A DNA stretch of 64,000 nucleotides. It comes from an uncultured Acidimicrobiia bacterium (GTDB lineage Bacteria > Acidobacteriota > Terriglobia > Versatilivoradales > Versatilivoraceae). This document shows positions 21,407-31,034 of the stretch, piece after piece. The DNA lies in NCBI GenBank assembly GCA_963786955.1, contig CAWBAT010000004.1:352001-416000 (forward strand). Direction: 5' to 3'. Both the position numbers and the translations under genes were made by a program. The notes under the pieces are model-generated. The model ran no database searches and was not told where the DNA came from. It worked only from the letters and a program-made list of their open reading frames with translations. Position 1 is the first letter of the stretch. Each line of letters opens with the position of its first letter.

Positions 21407-21959
21407 TTAGGCTGCAGGTTCCATGCTTACGGAAACGCGCGGGAAATCGATATCGGTCCGCGCTACTTGGTTGAAGTAATTCGTGAAGATGTTCACCGCC
21501 ACGTTCGCCACGATCTCGGCGACATCGCCATCCGTGTAGCCTGCGGCCTTCACCTCCGCCAACGCTTGGTCAGAGACCTCGCCGCGTTGGACGACCAGAG
21601 TCTGGACGAAATTGCAGACCCGCATCGTGTTTGGCATCTTCGGAGTGCGCTTCCCGACCGCGGGCGATCTCTTCCGGTTTCAGTCCGACCATCTTGCCGA
21701 TGGCCGAGTGAGCCGAGAGGCAATATTCGCTCGAGTTCGCTTGAGCGACCGTCAGGGCGATCTGTTCGCGAAACTTCGCATCCAGGCGCCCCGTTCCGAG
21801 CGCCGCACTGAAGTTCAAGTATCCCTCCAGAGCGGCCGGAGCAGTGGCCAGCGTCTTCATCAGGTTCGGCGTCATTCCGAGCTTCGCTTGAACGCCGTCA
21901 AGTAATTGTTTTGTCTTGCCGGTGGCTTCGGCGGGGTTGACCGCTGTGATTCTTTGCAT
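21407..21959 (-). CDS. AhpD/CMD peroxidase-related protein; +1 frameshift near 21610
   Basis: MQRITAV..., REQIALTVAQAN, EYCLSAH, then second frame EIVANVAVNIFTNYFN and DIDFP. Confidence 0.8.
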
Positions 21960-22006
21960 TTTGTTACCTCTCTTCTGCCGCAGCTTGATTGCGACACTCT
22001 TACAAA

Positions 22007-22023
22007 TGCACCCGGCCGGCCAA
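22007..22023 (-). promoter_or_regulatory. sigma54 -24/-12 promoter for the AhpD operon
   Basis: TTGGCCGGCCGGGTGCA on minus strand with exact GG-N10-GC spacing, ~50 bp upstream of ATG 21959. Confidence 0.65.
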
Positions 22024-22037
22024 ACGAACAACCACTG

Positions 22038-22050
22038 TAAATTGTTGATA
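22038..22050 (-). promoter_or_regulatory. IHF-like binding site
   Basis: TATCAACAATTTA matches WATCAANNNNTTR, located between the sigma54 promoter and the palindrome. Confidence 0.55.
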
Positions 22051-22078
22051 TGTATTGGTCACTAGCTCGTCAGCCTGA

Positions 22079-22114
22079 CTCATGAAATGTCGATGAATCG
22101 TGATATTTCATGAG
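22079..22114. promoter_or_regulatory. Palindromic upstream activator sequence (enhancer)
   Basis: CTCATGAAATGTC-N10-GATATTTCATGAG, 12 of 13 positions paired. Confidence 0.6.
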
Positions 22115-22146
22115 CGTTTCCCGATTTCTCACGCTATGATCGAAGC

Positions 22147-23780
22147 GTGGATCTTAAACCGCTTCCCGGGATCATTCTGGCCATTGCTGAACAACGCTCG
22201 CTCGACGCCGTCCTAAAAGCGATCATCGATGCGGTTGCCTGCCAACAGGGCGTGGCCTTGGCGCGGCTCTGGCTGCGGGAATCGGACGCGGAGTGTCCGG
22301 TATGTTCTAAGGGCGAACTCACTTCACAACCGGCACTCCATCTACGGGCGAGCGGTGGCACGCCCCTTTCGGCGAACGCGGACTGGTCGCGCATCAACGG
22401 CGCCTTCCATCGCATCCCGTTGTCCCCGAATCACCTGAAGATCGCACACATTGGGAGTACCGGAGAATCCATCCGCATTCCGCGCCTTTCCGAAGATCAA
22501 CAGTGGGTTCGGTATCCGGAGTGGGCACGCAGCGAGGATCTGGTGAGCTTCGCGGGCCACGCCTTGGTGTTCCGTGCGAAGTGCTGGGCGTGTTGGCGGT
22601 CTTCCGGCGGACACCTGCCGACGATGATTGTTTTGCCTGGCTCAAGACCATGTCCGACGCTGCCGCAGTCGCCATCGCCAACGCGCGCGCCTTTGAAGCG
22701 AACGAATCACTACGCCGCGAGTTAGAACTGGAGCGCGACTACCTGCGGGAAGAAGTGGAGGTCACCGGATCGTTCGGTGACCTCCTGGGCCAGAGCCCCG
22801 CGCTGAAGCGCGTGCTGCAGCAGGTTGAGATGGTGGCGGCGACGGAGGCGAGTGTGTTGGTGTTGGGTGAGAGTGGAACCGGCAAGGAACTTATCGCACG
22901 TGCAATTCATCAACGCAGTCTGCGTTCACGCAAGCCTTTGATAAAGGTCAACTGCGGGTCGATTCCACGCGAGCTTTTTGAGAGCGAATTTTTTGGTCAC
23001 GTCCGCGGCTCGTTTACTGGTGCTGTTCGTGATCGCGTAGGACGGTTTCAGCTCGCCGATGGCGGCACGCTGTTTCTGGATGAAGTCGGCGAAATCCCGC
23101 TCGACCTCCAGTCGAAGCTCCTCCGCGTCTTGCAGGAAGGCGAATTTGAACGCGTGGGCGATGAAGTCACGCGCAGGGTTAACGTCCGCATTGTCGCTGC
23201 CACCAATCGCGACCTGCGCCACGAGGTCAACGAGGGCCGCTTCCGACTCGATCTCTATTACCGCTTGGGCGTGTTCCCCATGGAGGTGCCGCCCCTTCGC
23301 GACCGCCGCGAAGATATTCCAGATCTGGTCGCGCATTTCGTCCGCCAAGCCTGCCTCCGCTTTCACCTATCGGCGCCACATATTCCGCAACGCGAGGTCG
23401 AACGCGCGCAACATTACCACTGGCCCGGCAATGTCCGTGAGCTTCAGAATGTTGTGGAGCACGCCATCATTGTCTCGCACGGCGGAAAACTCACTCTCGA
23501 TCTGCCGCAGCTCAGTCAGTCGCCCACCAAACGGAATGAGCGATCAGCCGAGCCAAGAACGTCAACTCCCGAGGTTGTGATTCCAGAAACAGAGTGGCGC
23601 AATCGTGAGCGCGCCAATGTCCTCGCTGCACTGCACCAGGCGGGTTTTCGCATCTCGGGCAAAGGAGGTGCGGCGGAACTTCTCGCCATCAACCCCGGCA
23701 CTCTGGCATCGCGCATGAAAGCCCTTGGGATCAACAAACATGACTATAAAGTGTCTGACACTCATTTCGAATCGAGATAG
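22147..23780 (+). CDS. GAF + sigma54 AAA+ enhancer-binding protein (FhlA/HyfR-like); frameshift near 22576
   Basis: GAF N-terminus; [38 protein letters not shown]. Confidence 0.85.
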
Positions 23781-24595
23781 CGTGGTAAATTCCAAGACCG
23801 GGCTTTTCATGGTGGATTTCGCCACAACCGTGGGAGTTGGTTGCTGGACTGTCGACTTCGCCGCCTCTGGCAATCCACAACCCGGCGGCAAAGGTCAACA
23901 GCCCCCCACTCCCTAAGCTCATGACAGGTGTATCTTCTACGATCAGGTTATACGCTCAGTATCCCTATTAGTTTGTCCGCACAAACATGTTACTCACAGG
24001 CTCCCCTCACCCCCTGAAGCATTCTCAATGCTTCAGCCTCTCCCGCGTTGGGGCGAGGGGAGCCGATAATTCATTAGTGGGTTCCTCTTCCCAAGGGAGA
24101 AGAAAGGTGGAAAGAAATTTTCGAACTGATTGTAGGGAACGCTCGCCGCAGCGTTCCCTACGTTGCCAAGGAGTTCTGAATTCAAATGGTTTTGCTACTC
24201 TACTGTTTCTGTTTTTCCCCGGTGGTGAGAAATCCTGGTTTACGAATGTACTCGGGCGAAAAATCGCCTAACCGGAGCCTATAAACCCGAATTGCGAAGT
24301 TGGGCGGGCATGATTTATCTCAACGCGCTGTTTTTGCCTGAGGGTTGCAAGACACGGACAAGGGGAAAAAACATACCGAGAGTTTGCGGATTTTGGTAGC
24401 GACACTCGCGCAATTTCGGAATTCGAAATAAACGGTTCTCAAAAGAACTCCAGTTACCAAGGAAGCAGTATATGGCAATGCTTGAAGAAACGGTGCGCGC
24501 GGTTGGGACCCTTAGATAGGAAAGAGCTCGAGCTGAATCAAAAAGCCGTTGGGACTGTTGAGGTTGCAAGATGGGAACCCGTCCAGGCGCTTGCT

Positions 24596-24712
24596 GCCGC
24601 TTTAGTCCACGAGTTCGTTCGCGGAGGTCAGCAGCCTGAGATAGTCGTCACATGTTTGTGCGGCCAGCAAGCTGGCCTGTGACAAAGCAGTAGCAAGCTA
24701 CCGCACTCCAGG
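24596..24712 (+). repeat. Right copy of 74-bp direct repeat with palindromic REP-like end
   Basis: Matches 18466-18539; followed by AAAGCAGTAGCAAGCTACCGCACTCCAGG. Confidence 0.75.
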
Positions 24713-24922
24713 GCGCTTCGCGCATGCTCATGCGTCCTTGTGTCTAGAAAACCAATGTCTTCTTGGTTCACGGCGTGATCGAGACCATGTCCGTAAAAAG
24801 ACTAGTTGCCTTCGACTTCCACTTCAAAATATACTTTTCCCCGTGACTTTCCCCTGACGAGGACGTTTCCATTAAACCTTGCTTTATCATAACGGTAGAC
24901 AGACAACCGAAGGAGAGGATAT

Positions 24923-27571
24923 ATGGTAAGGAAATCTAGGGTATTTGTCGGTTTAGTGTTCATCCTCGCCGGGTTTGGCGCGTTAATTTCCTGTAAGACA
25001 GCTCAAACGCCGGAAGAGACGCAAAAGGCCGGCGGGGCTGGGCAGCCCCCTGCCGAGCAGCGTGTCGAGAAGAATCCCGACCGCAACGCCTATTTTGGCG
25101 AGGAACACATCCACACCAGTTGGTCCGTGGACGCCTGGGTTATGGGCAACCGCATCACCGGACCGGACGACGCCCTCAAGTATGCTCAGGGCCAAACCAT
25201 TAAGCATCCCATGGGCTACGACATCAAGATCGACACGCCGCTCGACTTCATGGGCGTGACCGATCACTCGGAGTATGTCGGCGTCACCAAGCAGGCCAAC
25301 ACGCCGGGGTCCTACGTGAGCACGCTGCCCGCGGCGCAGCCGATGATCATGAAGGATCCGAACAGCACGGAAGAGCAAAACCGGGTCTTCTCGTACCTGC
25401 TCAAGCTTGGCGCAGGGGCGCCGGTGAAGGCGCTGATGGACCCGAAGATCACGGCCACCGTGTGGAAGGAAAACGTCAAGATCGCCAACGAGAACAACCA
25501 TCCCGGCAAATTCACCGCGTTCTGCTCGTACGAGTGGACCTCGATGCCGGACAACCGCAACCTGCACCGCAACGTCTTCTTCCGGGACTGCGCCAAGGTC
25601 CCGGACTATCCGTTCAGCTCCCTCGACTCCACTCGCCCCACGGAACTGTGGAACTGGATGGACGCCCAGCGCAAAGCTGGCAACGAGTTGTTGGCCATTT
25701 CGCATAACGCCAACGTGAGCGACGGCTGGATGTACCCGGTCGACGTTGACCAGACCACCGGGCGGCCGATCGACGCCGCTTGGGCGGCCGCGCGTGACCG
25801 CAACGAGCGCCTGGTCGAGATCAAGCAGGGCAAGGGACAATCGGAGGCACATCCCTTGCTGTCTCCCAACGACGAGTTCGCCAACTACGAGATGTATGAA
25901 GCCCTCCTCGGGCTTCCGGCCAATGTCGGCCGCATCGACCGCATCTCGGGCAGCTACGCGCGCCAGGCGTATAAGGACGGCATCACCATGCAGGAGACGC
26001 GCGGCTACAACCCGTACAAGTTCGGGATGGCCGGCGGCTCCGACTCGCACAATACTGGCAGCCCGTACCGCCAAGACAACTTCTATGGCCTGCACGCGAA
26101 TGCGGACGGGACGCCCGAGCGGCGCTTCGCCGGCGTACTGATCGGCGGCACGATGGACGTGCGGCTGGAGAACCCCGGCGGGCTGACAGGCGTATGGGCC
26201 GAGGAGAACACCCGCGCTTCGCTGTTCGACGCAATGTACCGCAAGGAGACGTTCGGCGTCAGCGGTCCGCACATCAAGGTACGCTTCTTCGGCGGCTGGG
26301 GGTACGGCAAAGCCGTCGTCGACGCCGGCGATTGGGTGAAGCAGTCGTACGCGGGCGGCGTGCCGATGGGCGCGGACCTGCCGACGATGCCCGCGGGCGG
26401 GAAAGGCACTGCGCCGAAGTTCGTCGTCTGGGCGGTGAAAGACCCGACTTCCGGCAATCTTGACCGCATCCAGATCATCAAAGGCTGGACCAAGAACGGC
26501 CAGAGCTTCGAGAAGGTCTACGACGTCGCTTGGTCCGGCGACCGCAAGCCCGACAAGTGGTCCGGCCGTGTGCCGGCGATTCAGAGTACGGTCGACATCG
26601 AAAAGGCCACCTATACCAACAGCGTGGGCTCGACCGAGCTCAAGACGGTGTGGACGGATCCCGAGTTCGACGCGAGCCAGCACGCCTTCTACTACGCGCG
26701 TGTGCTCGAAATTCCCACGCCGCGCTGGACGCTGATCCAGGCGGTGAAGGCGAACCTGCCGCCGCCGGATGTCGTTCCGCTGACGGGGCAGGAGCGCGCC
26801 TGGTCTTCGCCTATCTGGTACACCCCGAGCGCTGATTCGCGCAAGAATGCGCCCGCCGGCATGACGGTGGCCGACCTGAAAGCGAAGGGGGCAACGGCAT
26901 TGGGTGATGCCCAACTGAAAGCGATGATCGTTGGCAAAGCATTCTGGATGCGGAACGACGTGACCGGAGAGCAGTTCAGCCAGAACTTCACGACCGAGGG
27001 TCAGACGATCGTGTTCCGTGTCGGAACGAATGCCCTCATGCCGAGCGCCTTCGGCAACGTCGTGCGCGACGGCTATCAGGGAACGACCCACGCCTACAAG
27101 ATCGAAGGCGGCAAGCTCGTCATCCCGGTGGCGCAGGACCCGTACTCGTTCACGTTCTACAAGGCGGGCGACACCACCTACGCTGCGCGCAGCAACGAGT
27201 TCGGCTACGCCAACTACGAGATCATCCCCGCACCACAGATTGCCGCGAACCCGCTGATCGCGATGTCGAACCAGTTCTCGATCGAGCTGGGTCTGACGGA
27301 CGAGCAGAGGAAGCAGATCGTCCCGATCCTGCAGCAAGAGGTGCAGGCGCTGGGGGCGCTGAAGAAGAACACGTCCCTCAGCGGCGCGCAGAAGGTGGAG
27401 GCCTTGCGCAAGACGGGCGTCTCCTTCGACGAGAAGATCTCGCCGTTGCTCAACCCGGACCAGCAGCAGAAGTTCCAGGCCCTGCGCGAGCAGCTGCGGC
27501 GGCGTTTGATCGAGGATGCGGCCAGCCAGGGGCTGCAGAAAGTCGAAAACAAGATGAAGAAGGAGATGTAG
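24923..27571 (+). CDS. DUF3604 (PHP-like metallohydrolase) lipoprotein with C-terminal extension
   Basis: Lipobox LISC; GEEHIHTSWSVDA, VTDHSE, NLHRNV, SHNAN, GSDSH, QERAWSSPIWY; GGAGAGG RBS. Confidence 0.85.
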   Translation: MVRKSRVFVGLVFILAGFGALISCKTAQTPEETQKAGGAGQPPAEQRVEKNPDRNAYFGEEHIHTSWSVDAWVMGNRITGPDDALKYAQGQTIKHPMGYDIKIDTPLDFMGVTDHSEYVGVTKQANTPGSYVSTLPAAQPMIMKDPNSTEEQNRVFSYLLKLGAGAPVKALMDPKITATVWKENVKIANENNHPGKFTAFCSYEWTSMPDNRNLHRNVFFRDCAKVPDYPFSSLDSTRPTELWNWMDAQRKAGNELLAISHNANVSDGWMYPVDVDQTTGRPIDAAWAAARDRNERLVEIKQGKGQSEAHPLLSPNDEFANYEMYEALLGLPANVGRIDRISGSYARQAYKDGITMQETRGYNPYKFGMAGGSDSHNTGSPYRQDNFYGLHANADGTPERRFAGVLIGGTMDVRLENPGGLTGVWAEENTRASLFDAMYRKETFGVSGPHIKVRFFGGWGYGKAVVDAGDWVKQSYAGGVPMGADLPTMPAGGKGTAPKFVVWAVKDPTSGNLDRIQIIKGWTKNGQSFEKVYDVAWSGDRKPDKWSGRVPAIQSTVDIEKATYTNSVGSTELKTVWTDPEFDASQHAFYYARVLEIPTPRWTLIQAVKANLPPPDVVPLTGQERAWSSPIWYTPSADSRKNAPAGMTVADLKAKGATALGDAQLKAMIVGKAFWMRNDVTGEQFSQNFTTEGQTIVFRVGTNALMPSAFGNVVRDGYQGTTHAYKIEGGKLVIPVAQDPYSFTFYKAGDTTYAARSNEFGYANYEIIPAPQIAANPLIAMSNQFSIELGLTDEQRKQIVPILQQEVQALGALKKNTSLSGAQKVEALRKTGVSFDEKISPLLNPDQQQKFQALREQLRRRLIEDAASQGLQKVENKMKKEM

Positions 27572-27773
27572 AGCCAGAAGTAACAAAGAATCGCAGGACT
27601 GGCAGGCACGCTGTTCGTTTTGGATCAGCGCGTCCGATTCAAGGCGCGCTCGCTTGGATGATCGCGCGCAAGTTCACAACACAGGCTTAGCTCCGGCTCG
27701 GCAGTAGAGTGGCCCTGCCAGAAGGCAGAACAAGCCGAACGAGGAATCGGCATCCGCCGATCAGGAAAGTTCG

Positions 27774-28145
27774 ATGAAGAACAAGATCCTTGCATTGGCG
27801 GCAGCCGGAGAAGCGGGTATGGGACTGCTTCTGCTCGCGTGGCCGCCGATCGTCGTTCGCCTACTGTTCGGCGCAGAGATCAGTGGCGGCGGCGACGTAG
27901 TTAGCCGCTTCGGCGGCGTCTGCCTCGTCGGCCTAGGTGTGGCTTGCTGGCCGGGGAACTCTGCTTTCCAACCACTTAACGGAATGCTGACCTACAGCAC
28001 GCTCGCCATGCTGTACCTTACTTACATCGGTGTTTGCGGAGAAATGGTCGGGTTGCTATTGTGGCCGGCAGTTTTGCTCCATGCAATCCTCATCGTTCTA
28101 CTTTTCCGCGCGCGATTCAAAGCAGAAATGACGGCGGAGGCATGA
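27774..28145 (+). CDS. Small membrane protein (about 4 TM), unknown function
   Basis: Hydrophobic ORF with AGGA RBS within the operon. Confidence 0.65.
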   Translation: MKNKILALAAAGEAGMGLLLLAWPPIVVRLLFGAEISGGGDVVSRFGGVCLVGLGVACWPGNSAFQPLNGMLTYSTLAMLYLTYIGVCGEMVGLLLWPAVLLHAILIVLLFRARFKAEMTAEA

Positions 28146-28188
28146 GGACCTGAACTGATGATTTGCCGTCCTTGGTTGGAGACAGTGA

Positions 28189-29193
28189 GTGAACGAAGCG
28201 TCCGTAGTTACTGAGGCGCAGCCTGAACAAGAGGAATCCATACTGCGCCGCTCCTTTCTTTCCATCCTAAAACGCTGGCTGCGCGAGCCGCTCCTACACT
28301 TTTTACTCCTCGGAGTCGTGCTGTTCGCTATTCATAGCTACATGTATCGCGGCCGCGGCGGAATCGAGTCGTCGCGGCAGATTGTTCTGAGCCTCGATGA
28401 ACTCCGGCAGATGGACATGTATTTCGAGTCGCAATGGCATCGCCCGCCGACACCCGCCGAGTTTCAGGCCCTGGTCGAGGACAAGGTGCGCGAGGAGGTC
28501 CTTTACCGCGAAGGTATTGCGATGGGCCTCGACAAGGACGACACCATCGTCAAGCGCCGCATGGCGCAGAAGATGCAGTTCCTGGCCGAGGATGTCGCCG
28601 CCGCTCACGAACCTTCCACGGCGGAGCTCAAGGCCTGGTTCGACAAGAACAAAGAGAAGTTTGCCCTGCCGGGTCGCTACAGCTTCCGCCATCTTTACTT
28701 CTCACCCGACAAGCGCGGCAACGATGTGCAGGAAGATGCCTCCAAAGTCCTCTCGAAAATCGCCAGCCAGCCGGAAGACTCAAAACTGGCGGCATCCCTC
28801 GCCGATCCATTCATGTTCCAGAATTATTACGGTGACCGCACCCCCGAGGCGATCGCCAAGGAGTTCGGTCCGCAGTTCGCGATGAGCCTGGAGAAGCTGA
28901 AGCCCGGTTCGTGGCAGGGTCCGGTTGAGTCCGGCTATGGCTGGCATTGTGTATTCGTCGACACCTTGATCCCAGGCCGCATTCCCGCTTTCGAAGAGGT
29001 CGAGCCGGATGTAAAGACCGCCTGGCTGGGGGAACAGAAAGTTCAGGCCTGGAAGAAAGCCTACGATGCAATGCGCGCCAAATACACCGTGTTTCTACCT
29101 GCGCCTCCCACAAAGGAATCGGCGCAGCCCACCTCTCCCCCACCTCCACTCAAGAAGCAGGTTCCCACTCCATCCGGTGAGGGACCACGGTGA
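28189..29193 (+). CDS. PpiC-type peptidyl-prolyl isomerase-like protein
   Basis: REPLLHF, EEVLYREG, DDTIVKRR, GPVESGYGWH. Confidence 0.85.
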   Translation: MNEASVVTEAQPEQEESILRRSFLSILKRWLREPLLHFLLLGVVLFAIHSYMYRGRGGIESSRQIVLSLDELRQMDMYFESQWHRPPTPAEFQALVEDKVREEVLYREGIAMGLDKDDTIVKRRMAQKMQFLAEDVAAAHEPSTAELKAWFDKNKEKFALPGRYSFRHLYFSPDKRGNDVQEDASKVLSKIASQPEDSKLAASLADPFMFQNYYGDRTPEAIAKEFGPQFAMSLEKLKPGSWQGPVESGYGWHCVFVDTLIPGRIPAFEEVEPDVKTAWLGEQKVQAWKKAYDAMRAKYTVFLPAPPTKESAQPTSPPPPLKKQVPTPSGEGPR

Positions 29194-29221
29194 GCAATCC
29201 ACGACGCTGGGGCAAACATAG

Positions 29222-30304
29222 TTGAGATACGAGAAACGAGATACGGGATGCGAGATGCGGGATGCGGGACATTGGAATCTCGGATCTCGCATCTCGCGCC
29301 TCGCATCCCGCATCCTATACCTCCTATCTCTAATCATTCCTTTGCTATTGTGTTCCCCTGCCTTTGCTCACGAGGCACGCCCTGCTTACCTGGAGATCAA
29401 GGAAACCGAGCCCGATCAGTTCAGTGTCCTCTGGCGCACACCGGTTCTGGCGGGTATGCGTCTGCCCATCCTTCTGAAATTGCCTGACGACTCGAAGAAC
29501 CTGAAGGAGCCCACCGTCCAGGAATTGGCGGATTCCCTCGTGGAGCGCCGATGGGTGAATGCCGGGCCGAATGGGCTGGCCGGAAAGCGGATCGAATTCG
29601 TTGGACTGCAGGCGACCATCACTGACGTCGTGGTCCGTGTTGAGATGCTCGACGGGCGCAAGTGGACGACCATCGCCCACCCGTCTCAGCCGTGGGTCGA
29701 GCTTGCCGCTTCACAAACCAGGTTAGGAGTGATGGGGACCTACATCGTGCAGGGTATCCGGCACATTCTCTTCGGCGCCGATCATCTGCTCTTCGTGCTT
29801 GGTCTGCTGCTGATCGTGAACGATCGTTGGATGCTGCTGAAGACGGTCACGGCCTTCACCGTGGCACATAGCATCACCTTGGCCATCGCGACCCTGGGCT
29901 ATGCTGAGGCGCCGGTGGTCCCTTTGAATGCCGCAATCGCTCTGAGCATTCTTTTCCTGGGACCGGAGATTGTGCGCTCGTGGCGTGGGGAGACCAGCTT
30001 TACGATCCGCCATCCTTGGGTGGTGGCTTTTGCGTTTGGGCTGTTGCATGGCTTCGGGTTTGCCAGCGCGCTCACGAGTGCCGGTTTGCCGCGAACGGAG
30101 TTGCCGCTCGCGCTGGTGAGCTTCAATGTTGGCGTAGAGCTTGGGCAACTTGGTTTCATCCTGCTGGTTCTGGCGTTGGAACGTTCCTTCACTATACTCG
30201 AAGTTCGTTGGCCACGGTGGGCTCAGGCAATTCCTGGATACGCCGTCGGTGGGCTCGGTGCATTTTGGACCATTCAAAGAGTGGCGGTGATGATTACCGG
30301 ATGA
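29222..30304 (+). CDS. HupE/UreJ family protein with extracytoplasmic N-domain
   Basis: AFA-HE signal, GADHLLF, TAFTVAHSITL, FGLLHGFGFA, FNVGVELGQ; start uncertain (in-frame ATG 29255). Confidence 0.88.
   Translation: MRYEKRDTGCEMRDAGHWNLGSRISRLASRILYLLSLIIPLLLCSPAFAHEARPAYLEIKETEPDQFSVLWRTPVLAGMRLPILLKLPDDSKNLKEPTVQELADSLVERRWVNAGPNGLAGKRIEFVGLQATITDVVVRVEMLDGRKWTTIAHPSQPWVELAASQTRLGVMGTYIVQGIRHILFGADHLLFVLGLLLIVNDRWMLLKTVTAFTVAHSITLAIATLGYAEAPVVPLNAAIALSILFLGPEIVRSWRGETSFTIRHPWVVAFAFGLLHGFGFASALTSAGLPRTELPLALVSFNVGVELGQLGFILLVLALERSFTILEVRWPRWAQAIPGYAVGGLGAFWTIQRVAVMITG
29224..29335. repeat. Degenerate heptamer hairpin A
   Basis: GAGATAC GAGAAAC GAGATAC GGGATGC GAGATGC GGGATGC, then TCGGATC TCGCATC TCGCGCC TCGCATC CCGCATC. 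Confidence 0.9.
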
Positions 30305-30401
30305 TGCGATGCGGGATGCGAGATTCGTGATACGGGATCTGAGACCTCCACCCCGCATCTCGGATCTTGCATCTCGTATCCCGAATCTTGTATCTCGTAT
30401 C
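30303..30401. repeat. Degenerate heptamer hairpin B
   Basis: GATGCGG GATGCGA GATTCGT GATACGG GATCTGA, then CCGCATC TCGGATC TTGCATC TCGTATC CCGAATC TTGTATC TCGTATC. Confidence 0.9.
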
Positions 30402-30417
30402 AGGTTCTTATTAAATT

Positions 30418-30831
30418 ATGAGCTACAGAAATCTTGAAGTCTGGAAACTCGCTCGAGAAATATCGATTGAGATTCACCACATGACGTTGGAGTCGTTGCC
30501 GAGGCTGGAAATGTATGAAGAAGCGTCGCAAATTCGCCGCTCAGCAAAATCCATCAGATCCAATATTGTCGAAGGATATGGGAGGCGAAGATACAAGTTG
30601 GAGTTCGTCCACTTTTTGACCTATGCACACGCCTCATGCGATGAGACAATTGATCACCTTGAAACCCTGCACGAAACAGGATCTCTCACGGATAACGCTT
30701 TGTATGAGCGTCTTCATCACAAGCTGAACCCATTAGGTGGGAAACTCAACCAATTCATTCAAGGTGTGGAGTTGCAACACCGTTCGGTTCGGGAGGATAG
30801 CACCGAGTATAAGCGAGATGAGGAAGAGTGA
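30418..30831 (+). CDS. Four-helix-bundle protein (23S rRNA IVS / Avd-like family)
   Basis: [42 protein letters not shown]. Confidence 0.9.
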   Translation: MSYRNLEVWKLAREISIEIHHMTLESLPRLEMYEEASQIRRSAKSIRSNIVEGYGRRRYKLEFVHFLTYAHASCDETIDHLETLHETGSLTDNALYERLHHKLNPLGGKLNQFIQGVELQHRSVREDSTEYKRDEEE

Positions 30832-30836
30832 TGGGA

Positions 30837-31034
30837 GTTACGAGAAATGAGATGCGGGATACGGGGTGCGGGGTTCGCGATACAGGATGCGTGAAACGAG
30901 ATACGAGATAATAGATGCAAAAGACCGTATAGAAAATACAGGTAGCCGTGCGCGTGTACCTGAAATCTTGCATCTCGCATCCTGCATCCCGCATCTAGTT
31001 TCTCGTGTCACGTATCTTGCCTCCAGCATTGTCA
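30837..31034. repeat. Degenerate heptamer hairpin C
   Basis: About 12 purine-rich units (GATGCGG GATACGG ... GAAACGA GATACGA), a spacer, then TTGCATC TCGCATC CTGCATC CCGCATC TAGTTTC TCGTGTC ACGTATC. Confidence 0.9.

Noticed and set aside
24983-27586. 867-aa antisense ORF opposite DUF3604
   Set aside because: Shadow of strong GC3 bias; no recognisable motifs
29224-31034. Heptamer arrays as a CRISPR array or DGR
   Set aside because: No constant repeat with unique spacers, no cas genes, no reverse transcriptase, and no TR/VR pair with A-specific mismatches
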